Source: Chloroflexota bacterium (GTDB taxonomy: Bacteria > Chloroflexota > Dehalococcoidia > Lucifugimonadales > Lucifugimonadaceae). From it: a stretch of DNA of 64,000 nucleotides. The translations under genes and the position numbers were made by a program. The notes beneath the pieces are model-generated. The model saw nothing but the letters and a program-made list of their open reading frames with translations. It did not search any database and was not told the DNA's origin. This document shows positions 36,567 to 44,726 of the stretch, piece after piece. Within the stretch, counting starts at the first letter, position 1. The number at the start of each line of letters is the position of its first letter. Location of the stretch: assembly GCA_027624075.1 (NCBI GenBank), contig JAQBUH010000005.1, positions 13,198-77,197 on the forward strand, in the 5' to 3' direction.

Positions 36567-38264
36567 CTATTCGATCGACAGCAGGAAGTCGTAGTCCGGC
36601 TGTCCGCCGGACTGCGTCTCTATCTCAACGCCGCGCAGCGATTTCGCAAGTATGGCGGCCGTCTGCCGCAGCGCAAGTTTGTCGACGCTGGCCCCGCTGT
36701 AGAGGGTCAGCAACGACTCTTCATCGACCTGTCCGGCGAGCATCTGCTTGAGCACATCGAGAGAGCTGTTGCCTGCCGCCACCAGCCGCTCGTCAAGCAC
36801 GCCCATGTATTGCCCGCGCTTGACCGCGACTCCATCCAGCAGCGCGTCACGGATCGCCACGGAGACGGACCCGCTGCGGATGATGGACTGCGACTCTTCC
36901 ATCTGGGCCGAGTTCTTCTCGATCTCGCGCTCAGGAGAGAACTCGAGCAGCGCCGCGAGGCCGGACTGCATCGAGCGTGTTGGCAAGACCGTGACTTCTT
37001 TTTCGGATAGCTGCGCCGCCTGCTGGGCGGTGCCGATGATGTTCTTGTTGTTCGGCAGGACGATCACGTTGTCCGACGGCGCCTTCTCTACCGCGGCCAG
37101 GATGTCGGCCGTGCTCGGGTTCATGGAGTCGCCACCGCTTACGATCACGACCGCGCCGTATCCGGCGCTCTTGAACAGCTCGACGAAGCCTTCGCCGATG
37201 GCTACGCAGACGATGGCCGTAGTCACCTGAACAGGCGGCTCAGCAAGCTCGCCGGCTGCCGCGGCATGTCCGCTGGCCCATTCCCTGGCCTGCTCGTCCA
37301 TGTTGTGGATGTCTATGTTGGAAAGTGTGCCGAGCTTCAGGCCGGCGGAGAGCGCCGCGCCAGGGTCTTCAATGTGGACATGGACCTTGATCAACGTGCC
37401 GCTGCCTGCGACCACGGCGGAACGGCCAAGGGCGTCCATCTGATTTCGCACAGACTCAGGGTCGAGGTCTACGCCCTCGACGGCGAACACGGTGCAGTAG
37501 CCCCAGGCTTCGCCTTCGATGCTCTCCAGAAACTCGCTTCTGATACTGGTGAGCCGTGTGCCAGGGGTCAGGTCAGGGAGGCCGCTAAGACCAGGAGGGG
37601 CGATCAGTTCCAGTCCTGCCTCCTCTCCGCGCAGCGCCTGAACGCCGCTTCTCAACATGATTGCGAAGCCGAAGCCACCGGAGTCAACGACACCGGCGTC
37701 CCTGAGCACATCGAGCATCTCAGGGGTGCGCCTGACGGTGTCCATCGCCTGATCGGCGGCGACCGTCATTACGTGCTCCAGTCCAGGCTTCTCTTTCAAC
37801 GCCCTCTCAGAGGCGTCTGCGCACTCCCTGAAGACGGTGAGCATCGTCCCTTCCCTGGGCTTCGGCACCGCGCGATAGGCGATCTCAGATGCGATGCGCA
37901 TCCCGCGTGCAAACCCTTCACCACTAACGTCGTATCCGTCTGCGAGCGACTCAGCAAGCCCCTTGAAGTACTGCGCCAGGATCAGTCCGGAGTTGCCTCG
38001 CGCGCCAAGCAGGGCGGCGCGGGCTATCCGGGCGGATGTGATGCTGGGATTGGCGTCTACGTGGCGGTCAAGCTCGTCACGGATGGCCCGCATGGTTAGG
38101 ACCATGTTCGTGCCGGTGTCACCATCCGGCACAGGGAAGACGTTCAGTGCGTTGAGCGTGTCCCGGTTCGTCTCAAGGGCGCGGGTGGCGCAACGAATGA
38201 AGTCGCGCAGCAGAAAGCCGTCTGTGCGGCGGGTAGACCTCGATGTGTCCGAGGGGTCTGTCAT
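36567..38264 (-). CDS. yloV: DAK2 domain fusion protein YloV
   Basis: ..LNVFPVPDGDTGTNM.. Dak2 N-domain plus DegV-like C-domain. Start at ATG 38264 or GTG 38318. Confidence 0.88.
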   Translation of the reverse strand: MTDPSDTSRSTRRTDGFLLRDFIRCATRALETNRDTLNALNVFPVPDGDTGTNMVLTMRAIRDELDRHVDANPSITSARIARAALLGARGNSGLILAQYFKGLAESLADGYDVSGEGFARGMRIASEIAYRAVPKPREGTMLTVFRECADASERALKEKPGLEHVMTVAADQAMDTVRRTPEMLDVLRDAGVVDSGGFGFAIMLRSGVQALRGEEAGLELIAPPGLSGLPDLTPGTRLTSIRSEFLESIEGEAWGYCTVFAVEGVDLDPESVRNQMDALGRSAVVAGSGTLIKVHVHIEDPGAALSAGLKLGTLSNIDIHNMDEQAREWASGHAAAAGELAEPPVQVTTAIVCVAIGEGFVELFKSAGYGAVVIVSGGDSMNPSTADILAAVEKAPSDNVIVLPNNKNIIGTAQQAAQLSEKEVTVLPTRSMQSGLAALLEFSPEREIEKNSAQMEESQSIIRSGSVSVAIRDALLDGVAVKRGQYMGVLDERLVAAGNSSLDVLKQMLAGQVDEESLLTLYSGASVDKLALRQTAAILAKSLRGVEIETQSGGQPDYDFLLSIE

Positions 38265-38439
38265 TTTGCAGTCAGGGCGCCGGGTCGAGCCACTGTTGTG
38301 GGGGAATTGATTGCCCACAACTGGTGAGCATGGTAGCTTAGTAGTCCTGCGCTACTCAATCTAACATTAGCGCGCCAGTCCACCAACCTGTTACGTTTCG
38401 CCGCCGTACATTAGATACGGTTTTCACGAGGATCCATGC

Positions 38440-38643
38440 ATGGCAAAGTGTCACGTCTGCGGCAAAGGCCCACTGTTTGGCCACAACCGTAGCCATGCGT
38501 TGAACGCAACACAGAAGATTTCTCAGCCGAACGTGTTCAAGAAGAACCTCATGATCGGCGGCCAGAAGAAGCGGATGAATGTCTGCACCCGTTGCATCCG
38601 CACGCTGCAGAAACAGGGCAAGCTGCAGATCGCCGCGAAATAG
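38440..38643 (+). CDS. rpmB: 50S ribosomal protein L28
   Basis: MAKCHVCGKGPLFGHNRSHALNATQ.. Confidence 0.93.
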   Translation: MAKCHVCGKGPLFGHNRSHALNATQKISQPNVFKKNLMIGGQKKRMNVCTRCIRTLQKQGKLQIAAK

Positions 38644-38679
38644 CATCCGGTTATTTCGTCTCAGTCTCCGCCCGCTTCG

Positions 38680-39342
38680 CTAGACGCCTTTTATCCGCCT
38701 CACCGCGGCGGCAAGTCCGTCTTTGTACTTGAACAGCCCTGTGCCTGAGATCAGCGTGTCTGCGCCCGCCTCAATCACCGTACCTGCGTTCTCAACCTTC
38801 ACTCCGCCGTCGACTGCGATGTCGATCTCGGCGCCTGCGCGCAGCGCCGCTGACCGCAGCAGCCCGATCTTCGCCAGCACCTCCGGAATGAGCGACTGAC
38901 CGCCGAAGCCGGGCTCGACGCTCATCACAAGGAACCTCGGCACAGAGCTAACGTAACGCGTCACAGCGCTGGCCTCGGTCGCCGGGTTGATCGAGATGCC
39001 GGGACGCATTCCTGTCTCGGCGACGTCTGCCAGGGTCGCCGCAAGGTCGGAACATGCCTCGGCGTGGACGGTGAAGGTGTCTGCGCCGGCCGCGGCGAAC
39101 AGGCCGGCGAACCTGCCTGGCTCGGTCACCATCATGTGTACGTCAACAGGCAGCGATGTCAGGCCGCGTATCGCTTCGAGCACGGGAGCGCCGAACGTGA
39201 TGTTGGGGACGAAGTGGCCGTCCATGACATCGAAGTGGATCTCGTCGCACCCTGACTCCTCGATCAGCGCGATCTCTTCGCCGAGGCGCGCAAAATCGGC
39301 TGCGAGTATGGATGCGGAGACTCGGACTGTTCCTGGCAACAC
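38680..39342 (-). CDS. rpe: ribulose-phosphate 3-epimerase
   Basis: ..VSASILAADFARLGEE.., ..HFDVMDGHFVPNITFG.., ..VDGG... GTG 39340-39342 or TTG 39337-39339 after GGAG. The longer track ORF overlaps the upstream gene. Confidence 0.9.
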   Translation of the reverse strand: MLPGTVRVSASILAADFARLGEEIALIEESGCDEIHFDVMDGHFVPNITFGAPVLEAIRGLTSLPVDVHMMVTEPGRFAGLFAAAGADTFTVHAEACSDLAATLADVAETGMRPGISINPATEASAVTRYVSSVPRFLVMSVEPGFGGQSLIPEVLAKIGLLRSAALRAGAEIDIAVDGGVKVENAGTVIEAGADTLISGTGLFKYKDGLAAAVRRIKGV

Positions 39343-39476
39343 GTGCTCCGGGCTGTTAGGACTGGAGAATGACGCTTCACTGTGGGAGGCGACGCGTGAA
39401 GGGCCGTCGCCTTCCGCGCTGGCAGAATGTATCAGTTGGCGGACATGCCGGCAGGTCCCATCAGGGCCGGGACGGA

Positions 39477-40067
39477 TCAGCGCTTCAAGCCTGCTGACGC
39501 GACTGGCGGCGTGCACGGGTTGCCGTCAGGAAGAAGCCCCTGCGCGGCCATGCGCTGCATTCTGGCCTCGAAGTTGGCGCAGTCTTCGCAGACAGACTCC
39601 GGGATCAGGCCGAAACGCATGAGGATGCTGAACACCTTGCAGCCCAGGCAATAGCCAAACGCAGCTTCGAGTCCGGCCGCAAAGATCAAGGCGCCGAGCA
39701 CGCCGTACGATGCGCCGGTGAGGCCGAAGCCGAAGTGGAGGACGATTGCAGTGAGGCTGAATGTCACTCCGATGGCGGCGGCGAAGCGCTTGGGCGGGCC
39801 TGCGATGGGCTTATATGGCAGCTTCAGCGCAGGGACTGCGACTCTGACCACGAACTGCGCCAGCGGGCTGAGGCGCGGTCCTGCGGCGACCCTGGCAATG
39901 AAACCGTATGCGATGAGGAACATCAGCCACGGGAAGTCGAATGCGATCGTCGCCGCGGCCATGATGACCACGCCTGCCGCGACAGACCGGGCGACGCTCT
40001 CGTTGATCGGGTTCGGGAAGCTGAAGAATGGCTGCTTGGCAGCCTGCGTGCTAGTTACCGTTGTCAT
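39477..40067 (-). CDS. DUF4395 family membrane protein
   Basis: ..FPNPINE..AR..A.., 4 TM segments, C-terminal ..GYCLGCKVF..CEDC... Confidence 0.7.
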   Translation of the reverse strand: MTTVTSTQAAKQPFFSFPNPINESVARSVAAGVVIMAAATIAFDFPWLMFLIAYGFIARVAAGPRLSPLAQFVVRVAVPALKLPYKPIAGPPKRFAAAIGVTFSLTAIVLHFGFGLTGASYGVLGALIFAAGLEAAFGYCLGCKVFSILMRFGLIPESVCEDCANFEARMQRMAAQGLLPDGNPCTPPVASAGLKR

Positions 40068-40101
40068 CTGGTTGCTCTCGTCTCCACTCTTGCCGGCACA
40101 T

Positions 40102-40137
40102 AAAAAAGAACCCCCGGCCGCACTGCTGGCCGGGGGT
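40102..40137 (-). terminator. intrinsic terminator (minus strand)
   Basis: 10-bp GC stem ACCCCCGGCC/GGCCGGGGGT with an 8-nt loop, followed on the minus strand by TTCTTTTTT. Lies 35 nt upstream of the DUF4395 ATG and 284 nt downstream of the enolase-family stop. Confidence 0.65.
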
Positions 40138-40420
40138 CTGTAGTTCAGATTCCTTCGCGCGCGCCTAACCGGTTGCTATCTGGGTGCAGGTGCAACAGAG
40201 GCAGGCAGCGAACTTTCGTGGTCGAATACTCATCTGTGGGACTGATATTACTCTTCTCGTCAACCATTGGGTCAACACTGGCATCAACACTACGTTAGAT
40301 GACCTTCGCCGGCGGCAGATTCCGTGTGAGGCCGGCGATCTCCACTACTCTTGCCAATGCGGCAGGTAATTGGCCTGTGTGGGCAGCCTTTACGTCCCTG
40401 CGGCGCCTGCCCCTAAGAGT

Positions 40421-41590
40421 CTAATTGACCGTCCAGCCGGGGTGTAACGCCGCCTTCACCTTTTCCATGTCGAGGTCGACCCCGAGTCCTGGCCGGTCCC
40501 AGAGCTTGAGCCTGTTGCCCTCCCACTGCAACGGTTCTTGCAGGAAGGAGTCGTAGGCAGGCTTGAAGCTGATTGCGTGCTCAAGCCGGTAGAAGTTCGG
40601 CACAGTCATCATCGTATGTGCGCCCGCCAGGATCTGTCCCGGACCCTGCGCGTTGTGCGGGCTGATTGGGATGTAGTACGCCTCGGACATGGTGGCGATC
40701 TTCTTGAGCTCCGATATGCCGCCCGTCCAGGTGACGTCCGGCATGATGTAGTCGGCCAGTCCCTGCTCAAGCACCGGAATGAAGTCGAAGCGGGTGAAGA
40801 GCCTCTCGCCAACGCAGATCGGCGCCTTCGTCTGGTCCCGCACCGCCTTCAGCCCTTTGAAGCTCTCCGGCGGCAGCGGCTCCTCGAACCAGCCGATCTT
40901 AGACTCATCGAACAGCCGGTTTGCCAGCCTGACCGCGGTCGGCACGTTGTAGTGGCCGTGCGCGTCGATCAACACCTCGACCTTCGGGCCAACGGCTTCG
41001 CGGACGGCCCGGGTGATGTCACAGCCAAGCTCCTCGCCGTCAGCTGATATCTGGCCGTCGACATAAAACGAGTGCTTTGGCGCCATCTCAAGGAACGGGT
41101 CCATCTTGAGTGCGTCGTGACCGGCCGCAACTGTGTCCCTGGCGGCCTGAGCGTACTGCTCCGGCGTCGAGCAGCCGCCGAACCAGCCGTTTGCGTAGAG
41201 GCGGAGGTCCTCACGCATCCGTCCGCCAAGCAGGTCGTAGACCGGCCTGCCGACTGCCTTGCCCTTCAGGTCCCAGAGTGCGATGTCTATTCCGCTGAGG
41301 ATTGTGGTTGGGAAGCCGCGGGAGCCGAGATATGTGTACTTGCGGTAGAGCTTCTGCCAGAGGTGTTCGATGTTGGCGGGATCTTCGCCGATTAGCTCGT
41401 CCCGGCACGCCTTCACACCCGCCGCCGTGAGGAGAGAGGTGTTGCGAGGCACGTTCGAGGACTCGCCCCATCCGCTCAGGCCCTCGTCTGTCTCGATCAC
41501 GACGAAGGTCCATTGCCAGTCCGATATTCCATCCGCCTCTGGCCCGTAGTCTGGGACCACCACGTATGCGTTGACGTTTGTGATCTTCAT
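40421..41590 (-). CDS. enolase-superfamily enzyme (mandelate racemase/muconate lactonizing family)
   Basis: MKITNVNAYVV.., ..ALWDLKGKAVGRPVYDLLGG.., ..FEEPL.., ..VGERL... ATG 41588-41590. Confidence 0.85.
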   Translation of the reverse strand: MKITNVNAYVVVPDYGPEADGISDWQWTFVVIETDEGLSGWGESSNVPRNTSLLTAAGVKACRDELIGEDPANIEHLWQKLYRKYTYLGSRGFPTTILSGIDIALWDLKGKAVGRPVYDLLGGRMREDLRLYANGWFGGCSTPEQYAQAARDTVAAGHDALKMDPFLEMAPKHSFYVDGQISADGEELGCDITRAVREAVGPKVEVLIDAHGHYNVPTAVRLANRLFDESKIGWFEEPLPPESFKGLKAVRDQTKAPICVGERLFTRFDFIPVLEQGLADYIMPDVTWTGGISELKKIATMSEAYYIPISPHNAQGPGQILAGAHTMMTVPNFYRLEHAISFKPAYDSFLQEPLQWEGNRLKLWDRPGLGVDLDMEKVKAALHPGWTVN

Positions 41591-41675
41591 CTTGATCTTG
41601 CGCTCCAGGTTCGGTATCCGTGCAGGTTGATGGGCCGCGACGGATTCTACAGGCGCGATGAAGGTGCAGATGACT

Positions 41676-41714
41676 AAAAAAGAGAGGCCGCAGCGGGCAA
41701 GCGCTACGGCCTCT
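41676..41714 (-). terminator. intrinsic terminator (minus strand)
   Basis: Stem AGAGGCCG/CGGCCTCT with an internally paired loop (AGCG/CGCT), followed on the minus strand by CTCTTTTTT. Lies about 85 nt upstream of ATG 41590. Confidence 0.6.
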
Positions 41715-41900
41715 GTGTCTACGACGTGGCAGGTCTCTAACCGGGATTTGAACTGCCTTCGGTTATATTGCCTCGAAGCCAGCACCTATCGCAACCGCCC
41801 GCACCCCGCTTATTTTCTGAGGTAGCCGAGCATTCGAGGCACTCGTAACACTAGTGGCCACAGGGTGACAGTAGGGGCACTGGCCGGTCTCCCTCCGGTT
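41715..41900 (-). promoter_or_regulatory. candidate riboswitch-like leader (cobalamin-like elements; unverified)
   Basis: Minus strand reads ..GGAGGGAGACCGGCCAGTGCCCCTACTGTCACC..GGCCACTAG..(about 95 nt)..CCCGGTTAGAGACCTGCCAC. The terminator stem follows 13 nt later. GAGACCTGCC resembles the B12 box. No convincing CDS in this stretch. Confidence 0.3.
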
Positions 41901-41997
41901 ACGGTCTCTGGCGATCTGTCGCGGCAAGACGATTCGACTCTTCATAGAGGCCGCGTCCGCTTGCGCAGGGCCGTCCCCTGCGCCTGCCACCGTTCAA

Positions 41998-42029
41998 GTC
42001 TGCCAGTTCTGCCAGGCCTGCCAGTTCTG
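41998..42029. repeat. 9-bp tandem repeat NYCTGCCAG x3.5
   Basis: GTCTGCCAG TTCTGCCAG GCCTGCCAG TTCTG read directly. A further degenerate copy, GCCTGCCAC, is at 41982-41990. Confidence 0.75.
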
Positions 42030-42214
42030 TTGGAGTTGTGTGAGAGAACATCTCGAATCGGTGGATCGAGTGTGGGGACCGTTTTCCTAGACAACTCTCA
42101 CATCTCTCCGACACCGCGCTGACCTTGCTCCGGTTTCATGGTTGGTGAGGCCGCAGATTGGGACTGGCCGACGACCAAACGACCCTGTGATGATGTCAGG
42201 AAAGCGAGCGGAAG

Positions 42215-42613
42215 ATGGCCCTGATCAGCGTGGTATCGCACTGCAAGGAGACTGCAGCGCATCTGGAGACGGTACTGCGCAGTCGCGGTCACGAGGTCAT
42301 TTCCGTGTCGGATTCGGAGCTCACCGCAGTTCAGGAACAGAGGAGCGGCCGGGAGACAGGGTTGTCCCCAGAGCTGTTTATAGTCGATATCGACTGCGAC
42401 CCACACGCGGCGGCCGGCAGGGTGAGGAACTTGACGGAGGACCCGTCGACCGCCCTCACGCCGGTGCTTGTGGCTCCGTCACCGGAGTCCCAGCGGCAGG
42501 TCGCCCTGGCGTGCGCATACGGCGCCACCGGCCTCCTTAGAAAGCCTTTTTCGACTTTGGAGACTGTGCCAGATACAGAGCGAGCGCTTGCGGCGGCCAA
42601 CCCGGCCGCATAG
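42215..42613 (+). CDS. single-domain receiver (REC)-like protein, atypical
   Basis: CheY-like pattern: ..LFIVDID.. (putative acceptor Asp), ..PVLVAPS.., ..GLLRKPF... The N-terminal acidic pair is replaced (ISVVSHCKE). Confidence 0.55.
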   Translation: MALISVVSHCKETAAHLETVLRSRGHEVISVSDSELTAVQEQRSGRETGLSPELFIVDIDCDPHAAAGRVRNLTEDPSTALTPVLVAPSPESQRQVALACAYGATGLLRKPFSTLETVPDTERALAAANPAA

Positions 42614-42774
42614 CCGTAACGGTGCTCATGCTGACCGCGCTGAGGGGTTGCGGAAAGCCAGTATCTCCCGGCCTTGTGCCGGTCTCCTCTTCCGGCCAGC
42701 GAGGCCGGGCCAGAACGTGAATTGTCTCCTCACCGACTGGCCCGGCTTCGCGATAGGCCGAACCGTCTGTTGGA

Positions 42775-44709
42775 TCATCCAGCCGGCGGAACCACCGGCA
42801 AGTCCACCCGTGACGGGCGTTGCGCATCCAGGTAAACCGTGTTCTCCGCCTTCTCGAAACGAGTGTGGCGGCCAAGCGGCTCGCCCGTGTTCGGGTTGAC
42901 ATCGAAGCGCGGGAAGTTCGACGAAGAGATGTCGACCCTGATCCGGTGCCCTGCGGCAAACAGGTTCGAGATCGGTGGCAGCTCGATCTCTACCTCGTAG
43001 CTCTGGCCCGGCGCCATGAGCCGCTCGGCGTCAAAGCCGTCCCTGAAGCGGGCGCGGATTATCGAGTCTGCAAGCGGCAGGTGAAAGCCATCCGGCCAGT
43101 CGTCAGACGGTGGATAGATATCCAGCAACTTCGCAGTGAAGTCCGTGTCAACGGCAGAGGACGATATCCAGAGGCGGACACGCGGCGCGCCCGTGACCTC
43201 GACCGGGCTTTCCAGCGGCTCCGTCTCGAACACCATCACGTCCGCCCTGTCCGCCAGCAACCGATACGGCTCAGAGCAGCACAGCAGGTCAGCGCGCTCT
43301 CGCTGGTGCAGCGGACCGTCCGGAATGACCGATTTCATGCGTGCTCGCTGCGGGATGTATGAGCGGTCAAGCCCCTCGCTCAGCCTCACCCACTCGTACA
43401 TGCCTGTGACGTTGGCGCTGATGCTCGGAACGGGGTTCTGCGGGTCATGCGTCCATGTGGCCGGGGCATCGTCGGCGGCGCCTTGCTCGGAATGCAGTCC
43501 GCCGCCTGAGCGCAGATAGAGCGTGGTGTCAGTGGCCCTTGCGAGCGGCCACTCCTGCTCCTCTCTCCACCGTCCGCCGTGTTCGATATGGCCTGCCGCA
43601 GTCTTCCTTCCCGAGCCGCCGCCCATCACGAATATGCGTACCGGCGCCTCAGCCTCAACACCTGTCTCGTCGCCCTTGAGCCAGCGGTCGAACCAGCGAA
43701 GCCGTTCGGCGTTGAACACCTCGTCGCCCCATTTTGCGCCTTCGCCGAACTCGACCTCGCCGACCGACGATGAGCCCTTGCCCCGCATCAGCACGTGGTT
43801 CCACGGTCCGACCACGAGCCGTTGCGGCGTGGTGTTCTGCCTCGACATCGCGGCGAACTGCTGTGTCACGTCCGCGGGGAACGGGTCGTACCAGCCGCTT
43901 GAATAGACTGCCGGGATGTCCGCCATGCGGGCGAAATGTGGCGACTGGTCGAGGCACTCCTGCGACCAGAATTCGTTGTAGACGCCGTCGTGGTAGTAGT
44001 GGAACAGGACCTTTTCCAGGTTTGGGACGGCGGCGATGGGTGTTTCGCCTGGCCTGAGCGGCTCGCTGAGCAGCCTCAGCAGCTCAGAGCGCAGGTTTTC
44101 CGCGCCGCGCTCGATGCGTTCCACCGCCTCCGGGTTGCCGCGCAACTCGTGGGAGTCGTAGCCGTGCAGATACAGCGCGCCGTACATGTGCAGACCCATT
44201 GCGCCACCCTGGCGAGCCTCCCACTTGAAGGCGTTGGTGGGCGCGACGTCTACCCAGAGCGCAGCCAGGTGGGGAGGCCGCTCGAGCGAGGCCATGTTCT
44301 GCACAATGCCGCCGTGCGAGGCGCCAACCATGCCGACTTTGCCGTTGCACCACGGCTGGGACGCGGCCCACTCGATGGTGTCGTAGCCGTCCTTGCCTTC
44401 GAGCGGGTTGGCCGTGTGGAAGTACTGTCCCGTGCCTTCCGACATGCCGCGGCCACGCAGGTCTTGCAGCAACACGACGTAGCCGCGCGGGACGAAGAAG
44501 TTGGCGATGGGATTGATCCAGATGACCGGGTTCGACTTGTCGTACGAGGTGCGGCCGAGGATGACGGGGAACCGGCCGCCGATCAGGTTGCCGTTCTCGT
44601 CTGCGGGCCGGTAGATGTCAGTGGCGAGCCTGACGCCGTCCCGCATGGAGACCATTATGTTTTGACTGGCGTTGACTGTGACTGTTGCTGGAGAGGGACG
44701 CGAGACCAT
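42775..44709 (-). CDS. CocE/NonD family alpha/beta hydrolase (S15 X-Pro dipeptidyl-peptidase-like)
   Basis: ..MRDGVRLATDIYRP.., nucleophile elbow GASHGG, C-terminal ..FDVNPNTG.. jelly-roll domain. Confidence 0.85.
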   Translation of the reverse strand: MVSRPSPATVTVNASQNIMVSMRDGVRLATDIYRPADENGNLIGGRFPVILGRTSYDKSNPVIWINPIANFFVPRGYVVLLQDLRGRGMSEGTGQYFHTANPLEGKDGYDTIEWAASQPWCNGKVGMVGASHGGIVQNMASLERPPHLAALWVDVAPTNAFKWEARQGGAMGLHMYGALYLHGYDSHELRGNPEAVERIERGAENLRSELLRLLSEPLRPGETPIAAVPNLEKVLFHYYHDGVYNEFWSQECLDQSPHFARMADIPAVYSSGWYDPFPADVTQQFAAMSRQNTTPQRLVVGPWNHVLMRGKGSSSVGEVEFGEGAKWGDEVFNAERLRWFDRWLKGDETGVEAEAPVRIFVMGGGSGRKTAAGHIEHGGRWREEQEWPLARATDTTLYLRSGGGLHSEQGAADDAPATWTHDPQNPVPSISANVTGMYEWVRLSEGLDRSYIPQRARMKSVIPDGPLHQRERADLLCCSEPYRLLADRADVMVFETEPLESPVEVTGAPRVRLWISSSAVDTDFTAKLLDIYPPSDDWPDGFHLPLADSIIRARFRDGFDAERLMAPGQSYEVEIELPPISNLFAAGHRIRVDISSSNFPRFDVNPNTGEPLGRHTRFEKAENTVYLDAQRPSRVDLPVVPPAG

Positions 44710-44726
44710 TGGAGACCGGCTTTCAG

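Noticed and set aside
41735-41765. tRNA-like T-arm (minus strand ..GGCAGTTCAAATCCCGGTT..).
   Set aside because: The flanking bases cannot form the T-stem or an acceptor stem, so there is no cloverleaf. I found no tRNA anywhere in the window by eye.
26496-42029. Short tandem arrays (26496-26558 and 41998-42029) read as CRISPR or minisatellite coding repeats.
   Set aside because: The units are 9 bp with no spacers, so these are not CRISPR arrays. They lie outside the preferred CDS boundaries.
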